NCBI GenBank assembly: GCA_965219385.1
Contig: CBDCNM010000001.1
Span: 110,631-174,630, forward strand
Direction of reading: 5' to 3'
Origin: Candidatus Latescibacterota bacterium
Lineage (GTDB): Bacteria; Latescibacterota; UBA2968; UBA8231
DNA: 64,000 bases
The stretch's first letter is position 1; each line of letters starts with the position of its first letter. This document shows positions 37,199 through 46,740 of the stretch, one piece after another. The translations under genes and the position numbers were made by a program. The notes beneath the pieces are model-generated. The model was not told where the DNA came from. It saw nothing but the letters and a program-made list of their open reading frames with translations, and ran no database searches.

Positions 37199-37990
37199 TC
37201 ACTTCTGCTGGTTCACCCTTGGTAGCAGCAGCCTGCGGTTGCGGGCCAGGGGCAATCCGGCAAAGGCGCAGCGATTGTTCCACTGGTCGATGGTCTCGGC
37301 GGTCTTGTACTCGTTGATGATGGCGTTGCGCGAGCGCTCGGTGTAGTTGTGCCCGGCGCGGTGCACCACCAGCACGTGCACGATGGCCACGTCCCCGGGC
37401 GCGGCGGCCAGGACCACTCCCTCCTCGTCGGCAACGGCGCCGTCGGGCAGGGTGACGCCGTTTTCCCGGGTGGGCCATTCCCCCTTGAGGTGACTGCCGG
37501 GCACAACCTCGGTGGCGCCGGCCTCGAAGCCGGTGGGATCCAGGTAGGTGATGGCCGCGGCCAGTTCCGGGCGCGTGTGGCGTTCGTAGGGAAAGTCCTG
37601 GTGCCAGCTCTGGGCGTTGACGAAGCCGGGCGGTTTGTTGCGCACCTTGCCGTTGTGGAAGTCGAGATTGGGCCCCAGCAGGTCCACCATGACCCCGACG
37701 ATGCGCGGCTCGGTGAACTGGTCGAACCAGTAGTCATTGGCCAGGGTCTGATCCATCATGCCGGTCACGTTTTTGGGGTTGAAGGCATCGGACTGGTAGC
37801 CTTCGGGCGGCTCCATGAAGCTGTAGCTTATATTCCTGGGGCGGTCGTCGGTGCGGCTCACCAGCTGGTGGAATTCCCGCCGCATCTCTTCCATTTCGTC
37901 CGCGCTGTAGAACCCTTTGAGCAAGAGGTAACCGTTGTCGTCGAAGAACTGCTTTTGCTCCGGCGACAGGATCAGAAGTTCGTCGGACAT
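37199..37990 (-). CDS. phytanoyl-CoA dioxygenase (PhyH) family Fe(II)/2-oxoglutarate oxygenase
   Basis: HQDFPY...H..T and VVPGSHL, the 2-His-1-carboxylate motifs of the PhyH family. Confidence 0.7.
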   Translation of the reverse strand: MSDELLILSPEQKQFFDDNGYLLLKGFYSADEMEEMRREFHQLVSRTDDRPRNISYSFMEPPEGYQSDAFNPKNVTGMMDQTLANDYWFDQFTEPRIVGVMVDLLGPNLDFHNGKVRNKPPGFVNAQSWHQDFPYERHTRPELAAAITYLDPTGFEAGATEVVPGSHLKGEWPTRENGVTLPDGAVADEEGVVLAAAPGDVAIVHVLVVHRAGHNYTERSRNAIINEYKTAETIDQWNNRCAFAGLPLARNRRLLLPRVNQQK

Positions 37991-38005
37991 GAGCGGGTCT
38001 CCTGT

Positions 38006-39143
38006 TCAGTGGAGGCGTTTTCGCGCCGGCAGGAAGAGGGCCAGCAAAAAGGTTAATAAAGGCAATAAGGCCAGATATTTCAATGTCTCTATCACGCCTT
38101 GCTGGTCGGCCAGGTACCCGAACAAGGGCAGGGTGAGGCCGGCCAGGCCCCAGCTGAAGCCCAGGGGCAGACTGGAGGCCAGGCCCGCGTTCTCGGGGGC
38201 CAGTTCCTGGGCCACGGCCACCAGAATGGAGTTGGAGGCCAGGATCATGCAGCCGCCCATGGCCAGCAACATATGGGCGATGAGGCCGTCGGCATAGAGG
38301 AAACCGTAGAGCGCCGGAGAGGCCAGCAGGACCGTACCCCAGACCAGAGGTTTGGGGTTCATCCGGTCGGCCAGGTACCCGGTGATCAGGTTGCCCACCA
38401 CGCCGGAGGCGGTGTACACGGTCAGCAACAGGTTGTAGTCCACCATCGATAGACCGCGTTCAGCGCCCAGTACGATCAGAAAGACGCCGAAGTTGATGCT
38501 GGTGATGGAACGCAGGGTGACCACCAGGGTGATGAGCAGGAGCGGCCTGATCTGTCCGCTCAGGCTCTGGAGCAGGGAGGTTCTTTTCTGCGGGTAGAGG
38601 TACGGGTTATCCAGGGGCACGAACCTGTAGACCAGGAACATGGCGAAGAGCCCGGGCAGGGCAATCAGCGGCAGGCGCTCCAGACCGAAGGCTCCGACGT
38701 AAAAAGCCATCCACAGGGGCGTCAGACCCAGCGCCGAGGTGCCGCCGAAGCTGAAGAGAGCCACGCCAAAGGAGCGGCGATTGCCGCTCAGTTCGCCGGC
38801 CAGGGTGAAGGCCTGGGGATGGAAGGCGTGTACCCCCAGACCACCTAGGATGAGGATCACGAGCAGCATGCCATAGCTCGAGGCCACGCCCAGCAGGGGG
38901 GTGAACAGGGCGGCCAGAACAATGCCGGCCGGCACCAGGTAGCGCCGCCGGGTGCGGTCCCCCCACAGACCCATCAGAGGCTGGCTCAGGCTGACCAGGG
39001 AGAAGACCGAGCCCAGCAGACCGGCGTAGGCCAGGCTCAGATCCAGGCGCTTGATGACCAGGGGGAGGATCGGGGTCAGCATGGTGGCGTAGGAGTCCAC
39101 GCAGAAGTGCGAGAAGGCCACCAGTAACAAACGAGTTTTTTGC
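38006..39143 (-). CDS. MFS transporter
   Basis: 12-TM pattern. Start trimmed to the ATG at 39143 (MQKTRLLLVAFSHF); the 697-aa track ORF is an upstream read-through. Confidence 0.7.
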
Positions 39144-39144
39144 A

Positions 39145-40425
39145 TTATGCCTTGTGTCGGTCCAGACGAGTACACAGCCGCCAGGCGCAGATGCTGCCGC
39201 CCGCGGCCAGTGCCGTGCCAATGAAAAAGGGGGTCCCTGAATGGAACCCCGTTCCCCGGTCGACCAGGGTTTGCAGGAGGCCGCCCAGGAGGCTGCCGCT
39301 GACCATGGCGCTGCTCCAGACGGTGTGGCCCAGGCCCACCAGCCGGTTTTTCTCCGCGGCAGAGGCCACCTCGTTGATCAGGCCTGGGACCAGGGTGGAG
39401 ACGGCCCAAGCCGTGCCCGTGAGGGCGGTGCCGAAGACAAAGAGCCCAAGCAGGGAATCCCACCACACCCCCAGGCAAAAACCGCTCAGAACCACGCCGC
39501 CGGCCGCCAGCAGCAGGGGCCAGAAACGGCCGAAACGGTCGCCCAGAAAGCCGGCGAGCAGCTGACAACCGGCGGCCACGGCCAGAGAGATGGCCGCGTA
39601 ATAGGCGGCCATGGAGGCGCTCTGTCCGGTCCGGGAGACCAGCAAGGGCAGCAGGAGCGTGGCCATGCCCCAGAAGCTGGTGATCAAAAGACGCATGGCG
39701 ATGAGCAGGTGCACGTTGCGCTGGCGCAAAAGCGGTTTGTAGGCCGTCCACAGGGCCAGTTGCGGCCGGGCCTCCACGACCGGAGCCGGAGCCCTTCCAG
39801 CCGGCAGGAACAAAAGAGCGAGGACAAAGACCCCGACCATGGCCGCGGTCATGGCCACGCCGATTTCCGCGAAGCTCCACTCTTCCTTGAGAAAGCCAGT
39901 ACAGAGACTGCCCAGGGAATTGCCGCAGGTGCTGCTCAGAAAGTAGAGGGCGCTGCCCAGGCCCAGACGCTCGACGCTCACCGAGCGGATCAGGTAGCTC
40001 TGTCCGCCCGTGGACAAGGGGCCGGACGCCGCGCCCATGCAAAAGACCAGCAGGACCAGGATCCAGGGATTGGCAGTACAAAAAAACAGGCCGGTGCACA
40101 TCGAGCCGGCCAGGCCGATCAGCAAGGTGGTCTTGAGCCCCAGGATATCGCAGAGCCGGCCACCGACCACGGCAAAGGCCCCGCCCAGGACCAGCATCAG
40201 CGAACGCAGGCCGCCGGAAAACAGCGGGACCCGTCCTAGGTCGGCGTCCACGTAGACCTGGAAAAGGGCGTTGAAGGGGGCGGTGGCAAAGCCGGCCAGG
40301 AGCGAGACCAGGAAGAGGGCGAGAAAGGGGCGCCCCAGGATGCTCCCTCCGGGCGCTCCTTCATCCTCCTGTAAAGAGGGGTGTTGCGGATTTCTGGCCT
40401 GTGGCTCTTCCCCGTCCTGGCCCAC
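39145..40425 (-). CDS. MFS transporter
   Basis: Multi-TM hydrophobic protein. Start (GTG at 40425) is uncertain. Confidence 0.65.
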   Translation of the reverse strand: MGQDGEEPQARNPQHPSLQEDEGAPGGSILGRPFLALFLVSLLAGFATAPFNALFQVYVDADLGRVPLFSGGLRSLMLVLGGAFAVVGGRLCDILGLKTTLLIGLAGSMCTGLFFCTANPWILVLLVFCMGAASGPLSTGGQSYLIRSVSVERLGLGSALYFLSSTCGNSLGSLCTGFLKEEWSFAEIGVAMTAAMVGVFVLALLFLPAGRAPAPVVEARPQLALWTAYKPLLRQRNVHLLIAMRLLITSFWGMATLLLPLLVSRTGQSASMAAYYAAISLAVAAGCQLLAGFLGDRFGRFWPLLLAAGGVVLSGFCLGVWWDSLLGLFVFGTALTGTAWAVSTLVPGLINEVASAAEKNRLVGLGHTVWSSAMVSGSLLGGLLQTLVDRGTGFHSGTPFFIGTALAAGGSICAWRLCTRLDRHKA

Positions 40426-40430
40426 GAAAT

Positions 40431-41405
40431 CTACTTCTTGCTAGCGGCCACTTTGTTGCGCAGCACTCCGATTTTAGAAATTTCGATCTCCACCTTGTCG
40501 CCGGGTTTTAGGAAGGTGCCGGTGGTGCTGCCCACCCCGGAGATGGTGCCGGTGGAGATCAGGTCTCCTGGTTCCAGGGTGATGATGGCCGAGATGTACT
40601 CGATGACCTGAGCCACCTTGTAGAGCATCTGGCCGGTGTTGTTGTGCTGTTTGCGCTTGCCGTTGATGTAGGTGCTGATGTCCAGGACCTGGGGGTCGGG
40701 TATATCGTCCCTGGTGACGATCCAAGGACCCTGGGGGGCAAAGGTGTCGAGCCACTTGCCGTTGAGCCAGTCGAACCACTTGTCCTGGTCCCGGCCCTCG
40801 GTGCGTTTCTTGATCAGCAAATCGCGCTCAGACACATCGTTCATCACGGTGTACCCGGCCACGTACCTGAGCGCCTCTTCGGTTTTGACGCCCTTGGCGC
40901 GGCGGCCCATCACCACGGCCAGTTCGCCCTCCCAGTCGATGGCGCGGGCGATCGGCGGGATCAGGATGCTGCCGCCCGGAGAAATGACCGTGGAGGTCGG
41001 GGGTTTCATGAAGACCCGCGGGGTCTCCTTGTCCTGCACCGCCATCTTGCCGCCGCCCTCTTCGATGTGGTCCTGGTAGTTGCCCGCCAGACAGAAGATC
41101 TTGCGCGGGTTGGGGACCGGCGCATTGAGCTTGACCTTGCCGAGCGCGTGGGTGGTTTTGCCGTTGGGCCGGGGGTTGTCGCCCAGCCTTTCCACTGCGG
41201 CGCTGGCGGCTTTTTTGGCGGCGCTCAAGCCCTTGTTGCCGGCGCCGAGCAGGCTCAGCATGTCGGTGAAGAAGGGATGGGCTCGTCTCTTTTCCCTGCG
41301 GGCGAGCGCCTTGTCGGCCGCGGCCAGGTCGACGACGATGGCGTCGCCTGCTACCACGGCGCCGACGGACTGCTGCTTATTGGCGGTATAGGTTGCCAGT
41401 TTCAT
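40431..41405 (-). CDS. fumarylacetoacetate hydrolase (FAH) family protein
   Basis: FAH-fold signature region (GNYQDHIEE...PRVFMKPPTS...GELAVVMG). ATG at 41405 with GGAGGA SD. Confidence 0.8.
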   Translation of the reverse strand: MKLATYTANKQQSVGAVVAGDAIVVDLAAADKALARREKRRAHPFFTDMLSLLGAGNKGLSAAKKAASAAVERLGDNPRPNGKTTHALGKVKLNAPVPNPRKIFCLAGNYQDHIEEGGGKMAVQDKETPRVFMKPPTSTVISPGGSILIPPIARAIDWEGELAVVMGRRAKGVKTEEALRYVAGYTVMNDVSERDLLIKKRTEGRDQDKWFDWLNGKWLDTFAPQGPWIVTRDDIPDPQVLDISTYINGKRKQHNNTGQMLYKVAQVIEYISAIITLEPGDLISTGTISGVGSTTGTFLKPGDKVEIEISKIGVLRNKVAASKK

Positions 41406-41591
41406 GCGCTTTCCTCCTCGAGGTAGGTTGTGAGACAGTCGTGAAAATAAGCCTTCAGAAATAAGTAGATTCAGCCGCGTTGTCAATGGTGGAGTTGGGT
41501 GGGGACGATCGCCACCACTGGCTGGATCGGCGTTGCTGTCTTATATTCCAGGAACTCTAGCGCAACAGATTCCCAGACCAGAGCATGCTCC

Positions 41592-42167
41592 ATGTCCCAT
41601 GATTCCGCCTACTTCGCCCACGAAACCGCCTGCATTGACGAGCCCTGTAAAATCGGTGCGGGCACCCGGATCTGGCACTTCTCCCACATCATGAAAGGCG
41701 CGCGCATCGGCAAAAACTGCATACTGGGCCAGAATGTGTACGTCGATCCGGATGTGACCATCGGCGATGGCTGCAAAATCCAGAACAACGTATCGGTCTA
41801 CAGGGGCGTCGTCCTCGAGGACGGGGTGTTTTGCGGCCCTTCCGTGGTCTTCACCAATGTCTCCAACCCGCGCGCCTTCATCGAGCGCAAGAGCGAGTTC
41901 AAAACCACCCTGTTGCAAAGGGGCGTTACTCTGGGGGGCAATGCCACCATTGTCTGCGGGATCATGGTCGGGGAATACGCCTTGATCGGGGCAGGTTCGG
42001 TGGTCACCAAAGATGTGCCGGCCTATGCCCTGATGTACGGGGTGCCGGCGCGCCAGGCGGCCTGGGTGTGCCGTTGCGGCGTGGCGTTGGCCCCGCAGAC
42101 GCTTCTTTGTCCAGCCTGTGAATCCCGCTATCGTCTCGACGGGCAGGGCCAGCTGCGGCCGGCGTAA
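41592..42167 (+). CDS. left-handed beta-helix (hexapeptide-repeat) acyl/acetyltransferase
   Basis: Repeating [LIV]G..... hexapeptides (IGKNCILGQNVYVDPDVTIGDGCKIQNNVSV). ATG at 41592 preferred over the upstream track start. Confidence 0.7.
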   Translation: MSHDSAYFAHETACIDEPCKIGAGTRIWHFSHIMKGARIGKNCILGQNVYVDPDVTIGDGCKIQNNVSVYRGVVLEDGVFCGPSVVFTNVSNPRAFIERKSEFKTTLLQRGVTLGGNATIVCGIMVGEYALIGAGSVVTKDVPAYALMYGVPARQAAWVCRCGVALAPQTLLCPACESRYRLDGQGQLRPA

Positions 42168-42304
42168 TCAGTGCTTGGCACAAATCGGCGGCCGGCCGTG
42201 CGGGGATTGTGCCTCTGGCGTTTGGTGATGCCCAAGGCGCTCTTACCCCGCTCCCCCTTCCTGCTGCTGCGCTTGCTTGCAGCCCCCACCGCCCTGCCGG
42301 CAAA

Positions 42305-43248
42305 ATCCCCTCCCGCCCTTGAGAGGCTGTCTGAAAACTATATTTTTCATTTGATCCGTTTGAGTAGCAAGTGGATCATGGCAATCTGAATCAAGGCCTC
42401 GCTATGGCGGGTCAACACCTCATAATCTCGGGCATGACGGCGAAAATTCATCAACCACGCCAAGGTGCGCTCGACGACCCAACGGCGTTTGAGTATGGTA
42501 AACCCGGAGCCTTGTTGAGCGACGACTTCCAAGTCTATCTTGTGCGTCTTTTTTACGTTGGCCACCCACGTTCGGATCGGATCGCCTCGATAGCCGCCAT
42601 CGACCCACAGTTTGCGTAACCGGGGTACGCCGAGGGCACTATAGCGGGTCAACACCGGCTTCAAGCCGTCCCGATCCTCTACATCGGCGGCGGTGACCAC
42701 CACCTGTCTAAGCAAGCCCAAGGTGTCGACCCACAGATGACGCTTGCGTCCTTGGATCTTTTTGCCAGCGTCATAACCAGTTGTTTTACCATGGGTTGCC
42801 GTCTTGATCGTCTGCCTATCGACACCGCCAGCCGACGGCGTCGGAGCCCGTCCGTTCAGGCGGCGTTCCCGCTGGGTGAGTCGATCCAATACCTGCGGCC
42901 AGCCCCCTTGGAGACTCCAGCGACGAAAGTAATCATACACTGTTTTCCACGGCCCCAAACAAGAAGGCAACAGCGCCCAAGGACAACCGGTCTTGGTCCG
43001 ATATAAAAGGCCGTTGACGATCTGGCGTCGATCCCGCGGTGGCCGACCCGGACCGTTGGGTTGCCAAGTCGAAGCCGGCAGCAAGGTTCGATCCGCCGCC
43101 ATTGCGCATCGGTTACATCGGTGGCATATTGGCCACTAGGCGTACTCATCATAAGAGCCTTTCTGTGCAGATTTTGTGGTGAAACCTGAATATGGCCCGA
43201 TGAATACGCCGATTCAAATACGGGCTACATCAAGGGTTTTCAGACAGC
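42305..43248 (-). mobile_element. IS5-family insertion sequence (IS1031-like: 3-bp TGA target duplication), diverged from the 55.8-kb copy
   Basis: Inverted repeats GAGGCTGTCTGAAAAC / GTTTTCAGACAGCCTC flanked by TGA on both sides. Internal DDE transposase reading frames. Confidence 0.8.
42347..43152 (-). CDS. IS5 family transposase (DUF4096 N-domain + DDE_Tnp_1), two frames joined by frameshift
   Basis: MMSTPSGQYATDVTDAQWRRIEP... (frame a, 42856-43152) continues as ...IVNGLLYRTKTGCPWALLP...WVDGGYRG...IAMIHLLLKRIK (frame b, 42347-43102). Confidence 0.8.
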
Positions 43249-43292
43249 CTCTGAGGGCCATATAGTTACGTTATTCCATCAAGTACTGATAA

Positions 43293-44156
43293 TCAATCTG
43301 TTGGAAAGGACAACGGAAAGGTGGGCTCCTGGTCCTGGTGGCGGGTGCGCTTTTCGATCTTCATGGCGTGGTATTCCTCGACGAATTCGGCCAGATTCTT
43401 ACTGGCCTCCTCAAACACAATTCTGCCCTTTTCCGCCGTGGCCTTCTCGGCCTCACCCATGACCCCCGAGTCGGTGTACTGGCTGGTCCACTCGATCAGG
43501 CCCATGGGTCCGTGGCCGAATAGATCGGTGTAGACGAATTTGGAGCCGCGCTTGTTGGTCTTGGCGATCTCGGTCTTGATTTTGTCCTGCCGCACGCTCT
43601 CGGGAGACAGGTAGAGCAACATGGAGGTCTCCAGCTCGCCGGCGTGGGAGCAGCCGCCCGGATAGACACTCTCGCGCCACTCCTCGTCGAAATCGGGATT
43701 GACCTTGAGCAGCTGCCACCAGGAGCAGAAGGTGCAGCTGGCGTCGGTCTCCACGATGGTGCGCCGGGCCACCATGTCCACCAGGTTGTGGTTGGAACCG
43801 TGGCCGTTGACCAGGATCATTTTCTTGAAACCGTGGTAGGCCAGGCTCTTGCAGATATCGAGCACGTACTGGACGAAGTGCTCGTGGTGGATGTTGAGAG
43901 AGCCGGGGAAGTCCATGACGTGGTGCACGTAGCCGTAGCTCACCGGCGGCAGCACCAGGCTGAGTTCCGGTTTGAGGCGGGCGGCCTCGGTGGCCACGGA
44001 GGCGGCGCAGAGATGGTCCACTTTGAGCGGCAGGTGGTGGCCGTGTTGCTCCACCGAGCCGGTGGGGATGATGGGGATCTTGCCCATGGCCACGGCCTGG
44101 TTGACCTCGGGCCAGGTGAGTTCGTCGAACTTGAATGTTGCGGCTACTGAAGGCAT
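43293..44156 (-). CDS. creatininase family amidohydrolase
   Basis: PTGSVEQHGHHLPL, the metal-binding motif of the creatinine amidohydrolase family. ATG at 44156. Confidence 0.75.
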   Translation of the reverse strand: MPSVAATFKFDELTWPEVNQAVAMGKIPIIPTGSVEQHGHHLPLKVDHLCAASVATEAARLKPELSLVLPPVSYGYVHHVMDFPGSLNIHHEHFVQYVLDICKSLAYHGFKKMILVNGHGSNHNLVDMVARRTIVETDASCTFCSWWQLLKVNPDFDEEWRESVYPGGCSHAGELETSMLLYLSPESVRQDKIKTEIAKTNKRGSKFVYTDLFGHGPMGLIEWTSQYTDSGVMGEAEKATAEKGRIVFEEASKNLAEFVEEYHAMKIEKRTRHQDQEPTFPLSFPTD

Positions 44157-44337
44157 GTGCTTGGCTCCTGTGTCAAAGTGATGGGTTGAGATTCCACCTC
44201 GCCCAGGCCGGTGAGGCCCGCGTCGGTACACACCCGCACCCGGAGACAGCCCTGGGTACCGTCGGCCATGGGAGATGGAAAGGCAGGGCTTCGACCTGGG
44301 TTATTTTCACGGTGGGCGCGCTCTCGAAGGGGGTTTC

Positions 44338-45000
44338 CTAGGGCAGGCCCAGGATTTTGTGGATGCGGCAGGAGAGCCGCCAGTGCGGGTGGCGGGTGAG
44401 GATTTCCAGGGATTTTTGGATGTACCGGGGTTCGGAAGATTCGGGCTGCAGGTACACAAACTCGGCCAGGTCCTCCTGGACCCGGTCTTCGCGAAAGGAC
44501 TTGCCGACTACGTACTTGAGTTCGGTGATGCGTTTGAAGCCGGCGACGATGGGATGGCGCTTGGGCGAGACCGTCCAGTGGTCAATCAAGTCGAAGAGCT
44601 GGGGATCGGGACGGACCACGCCATTGGTCTCGATGTGGAGCTGGTAGCCTTTCTCCTTGAGCTGGCGAGTTAGGGGCGCCAGGTTCTGGCCCAGGGGCTC
44701 GCCGCCGGTGAAGCAGACCCAGGGAGCGGGGTGGCGCTCGACTTCCGCGACGATTCCCCCCAGGTCCATCTGGGTAAAACTATCGAATTCAGTGTCGCAG
44801 AAAGCGCAGCGCAGGTTGCAGCGGGCCAGGCGCACAAAGGTGGTAGGCTGGCCCACGCGCAGGCCCTCTCCTTCGATGGAGTAGAAGACCTCGTTGATTT
44901 GCAGGACCTGGCCGTCGGCGCGCCAGACCGGCAGGTGATCGGCGCGCGCGTCCGGGATTTCGTTTGGGGCAGTGAGCATATCAGGAGACAATAGGCTCAA
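44338..45000 (-). CDS. queE: 7-carboxy-7-deazaguanine synthase (radical SAM)
   Basis: CNLRCAFCDT cluster. Size and context (adjacent to queC). Confidence 0.85.
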   Translation of the reverse strand: MSLLSPDMLTAPNEIPDARADHLPVWRADGQVLQINEVFYSIEGEGLRVGQPTTFVRLARCNLRCAFCDTEFDSFTQMDLGGIVAEVERHPAPWVCFTGGEPLGQNLAPLTRQLKEKGYQLHIETNGVVRPDPQLFDLIDHWTVSPKRHPIVAGFKRITELKYVVGKSFREDRVQEDLAEFVYLQPESSEPRYIQKSLEILTRHPHWRLSCRIHKILGLP

Positions 45001-45012
45001 AGGGGGAAATGG

Positions 45013-45686
45013 TCAAGATGGCCAGGAGATGTCGATCCGGTAGTCCAGGGGGTCGCGGGAGCGGTTTGCCTTGAAGGCTTGTATACGTTCCGTGCAGGCA
45101 TCGCAGCGGCCGCAGGCCGGTCGCTGGCCCTCGTAGCAGGTATGGGTGATCTGGTAGGGCACGCCCAGTTCGAGTCCCAGGGCGACGACCTCGGTCTTCC
45201 ACTTGTCTACAAAGGGGGTGTGGAGCCGGAAGGGATGGTCCTGGGTGGCGCCCAGCCCCAGGCTCTGTTCCAGGCTGTCGTAGAACGCCCGCCGGCAGTC
45301 CCGGTAGGCCTGGTAGTCGTCGCGCACCGGGGCGATGTAAAGGTCGTGGATGCCCTGGGTTTCGGCGTAGGCCGCGGCCAGGGTGACAAAGAGCATGTTG
45401 CGGAAGGGGACCACGGTGGCGCCCTGGCTCTTTTCCTGCGCGGCGGGCACCTTCAGGCGGGCGTCGGTGAGGGGGCTGCCGCCGATGGTGGTGAGGTCGA
45501 GTGCGATGACCTTGTGGGCGTGGACTCCGGCGTCCGCGGCCAGGCGGGCGGCGTAGTCCAGTTCGACGCGGTGGCGCTGGTGGTAGTCGATGCTGACGGT
45601 GTGGATATCCCCTGCGTGGTGTCTGCGGGCCCACCACAGGCAGGTGGCCGAGTCCATGCCGCCGCTGAGAAGGAGGGCAGTGTTCA
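45013..45686 (-). CDS. queC: 7-cyano-7-deazaguanine synthase
   Basis: LLSGGMDSAT PP-loop and C-terminal Zn Cys cluster (CYEGQRPACGRCDAC). ATG at 45686; the longer track ORF is an overrun. Confidence 0.85.
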
Positions 45687-45992
45687 TGGGTGGTAGATAC
45701 TGGGCACCGTCATCGTAGATAACAGTAGCGCGCTGGAGTAGTTGTGTCAATAGGGCGGTGGGCGGTCCCCCAGATCCAGCCCGGCGGTGTCCGGTTCCAG
45801 GCCGTTGTAGGCGATGACGAGTTGGAAAGTCGACGGCAATGGCCCGGTCCCCACAGCGCAGGAGGTATGCATTGCAGGCATCGGCGCAGAAGAGGAGAAA
45901 GGAACCTCCCGGGTTGACACAGGTCCCTGGGAGGAGGATATTAAAAGCCCTTTGCAGATCTTTCTCCTCCATGATTACCAGGATCAGTAGAT

Positions 45993-46727
45993 GTGCAACC
46001 AAAAATAGACCCTACCCTGGGGCGCGCCAGCAAAGAACACCAGGTTAATCGCTGGGTCAGGCTGCGGCGGACCCTCACCGCGGGCATTACCGTCATCGCC
46101 CCCCTGTGGATCACGGGCTGGGCCCTGACCAAGATCTTCCAGTGGGCCGATGGTTTTCCCGCTCTCCTGATCGGGCAATTCACCGCCCGCCTGGGCTATC
46201 CCGATTTTCACATCCCGGGGTTGGGGTTCCTGCTCACCTTTATCATCATATGGGCCGTGGGGGTTATCGCGGCTAATGTGGTGGGCAAACGCCTGTTGCA
46301 AAGCGCCAGGGAGGCCCTGGAGCGGCTGCCGGTGGTGCGGACCATATACGCGCCGGTGCAACAGCTGATGGATACCATGATGTCGCCGGACAAGGTCGGC
46401 TTCAAGAAGGTGGTCATGATAGAATACCCCCGCAAGGGGCTGTGGGCCCTGGGTTTTGTGGCCGGGGATGTGCCGCGCCCGGGGGATGAAGGCCTGGCGC
46501 ACAGCATTTTTGTACCCACTGCTCCCAATCCCACTACGGGCTTTGTTCTGATTGTCCCGGAGGACGAGATGAGGGAAACAGACCTGAGTCCGGAGGCGAC
46601 TTTCCAGCTGATGCTGTCCGGAGGGGTAGCTATACCCCCTACTCTGAGCCTGCCGGCTGAAGAGCCGGTTTCCAAAAACCAGCGGCTTTCTCTGGGCCGT
46701 GCGGATTCTCGCAATATTCCCGAATAA
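45993..46727 (+). CDS. DUF502 domain membrane protein
   Basis: Conserved DUF502 core (ITVIAPLWITGWAL..., YPRKGLWALGFV). Confidence 0.6.
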   Translation: MQPKIDPTLGRASKEHQVNRWVRLRRTLTAGITVIAPLWITGWALTKIFQWADGFPALLIGQFTARLGYPDFHIPGLGFLLTFIIIWAVGVIAANVVGKRLLQSAREALERLPVVRTIYAPVQQLMDTMMSPDKVGFKKVVMIEYPRKGLWALGFVAGDVPRPGDEGLAHSIFVPTAPNPTTGFVLIVPEDEMRETDLSPEATFQLMLSGGVAIPPTLSLPAEEPVSKNQRLSLGRADSRNIPE

Positions 46728-46740
46728 TACTGCTGCTCGA

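Noticed and set aside
38006-40099. 697-aa ORF suggesting one giant transporter
   Set aside because: Its N-terminal 300 aa are an out-of-frame read through the upstream MFS gene. The real gene starts at the ATG at 39143 (MQKTRLLLVAF...), giving two separate about 380-430-aa MFS proteins.
43190-43225. TTCAAAT-containing stretch near the IS right end that could hint at a tRNA T-loop
   Set aside because: Flanking bases do not form a T-stem or acceptor stem. No tRNA-like cloverleaf can be drawn by eye.
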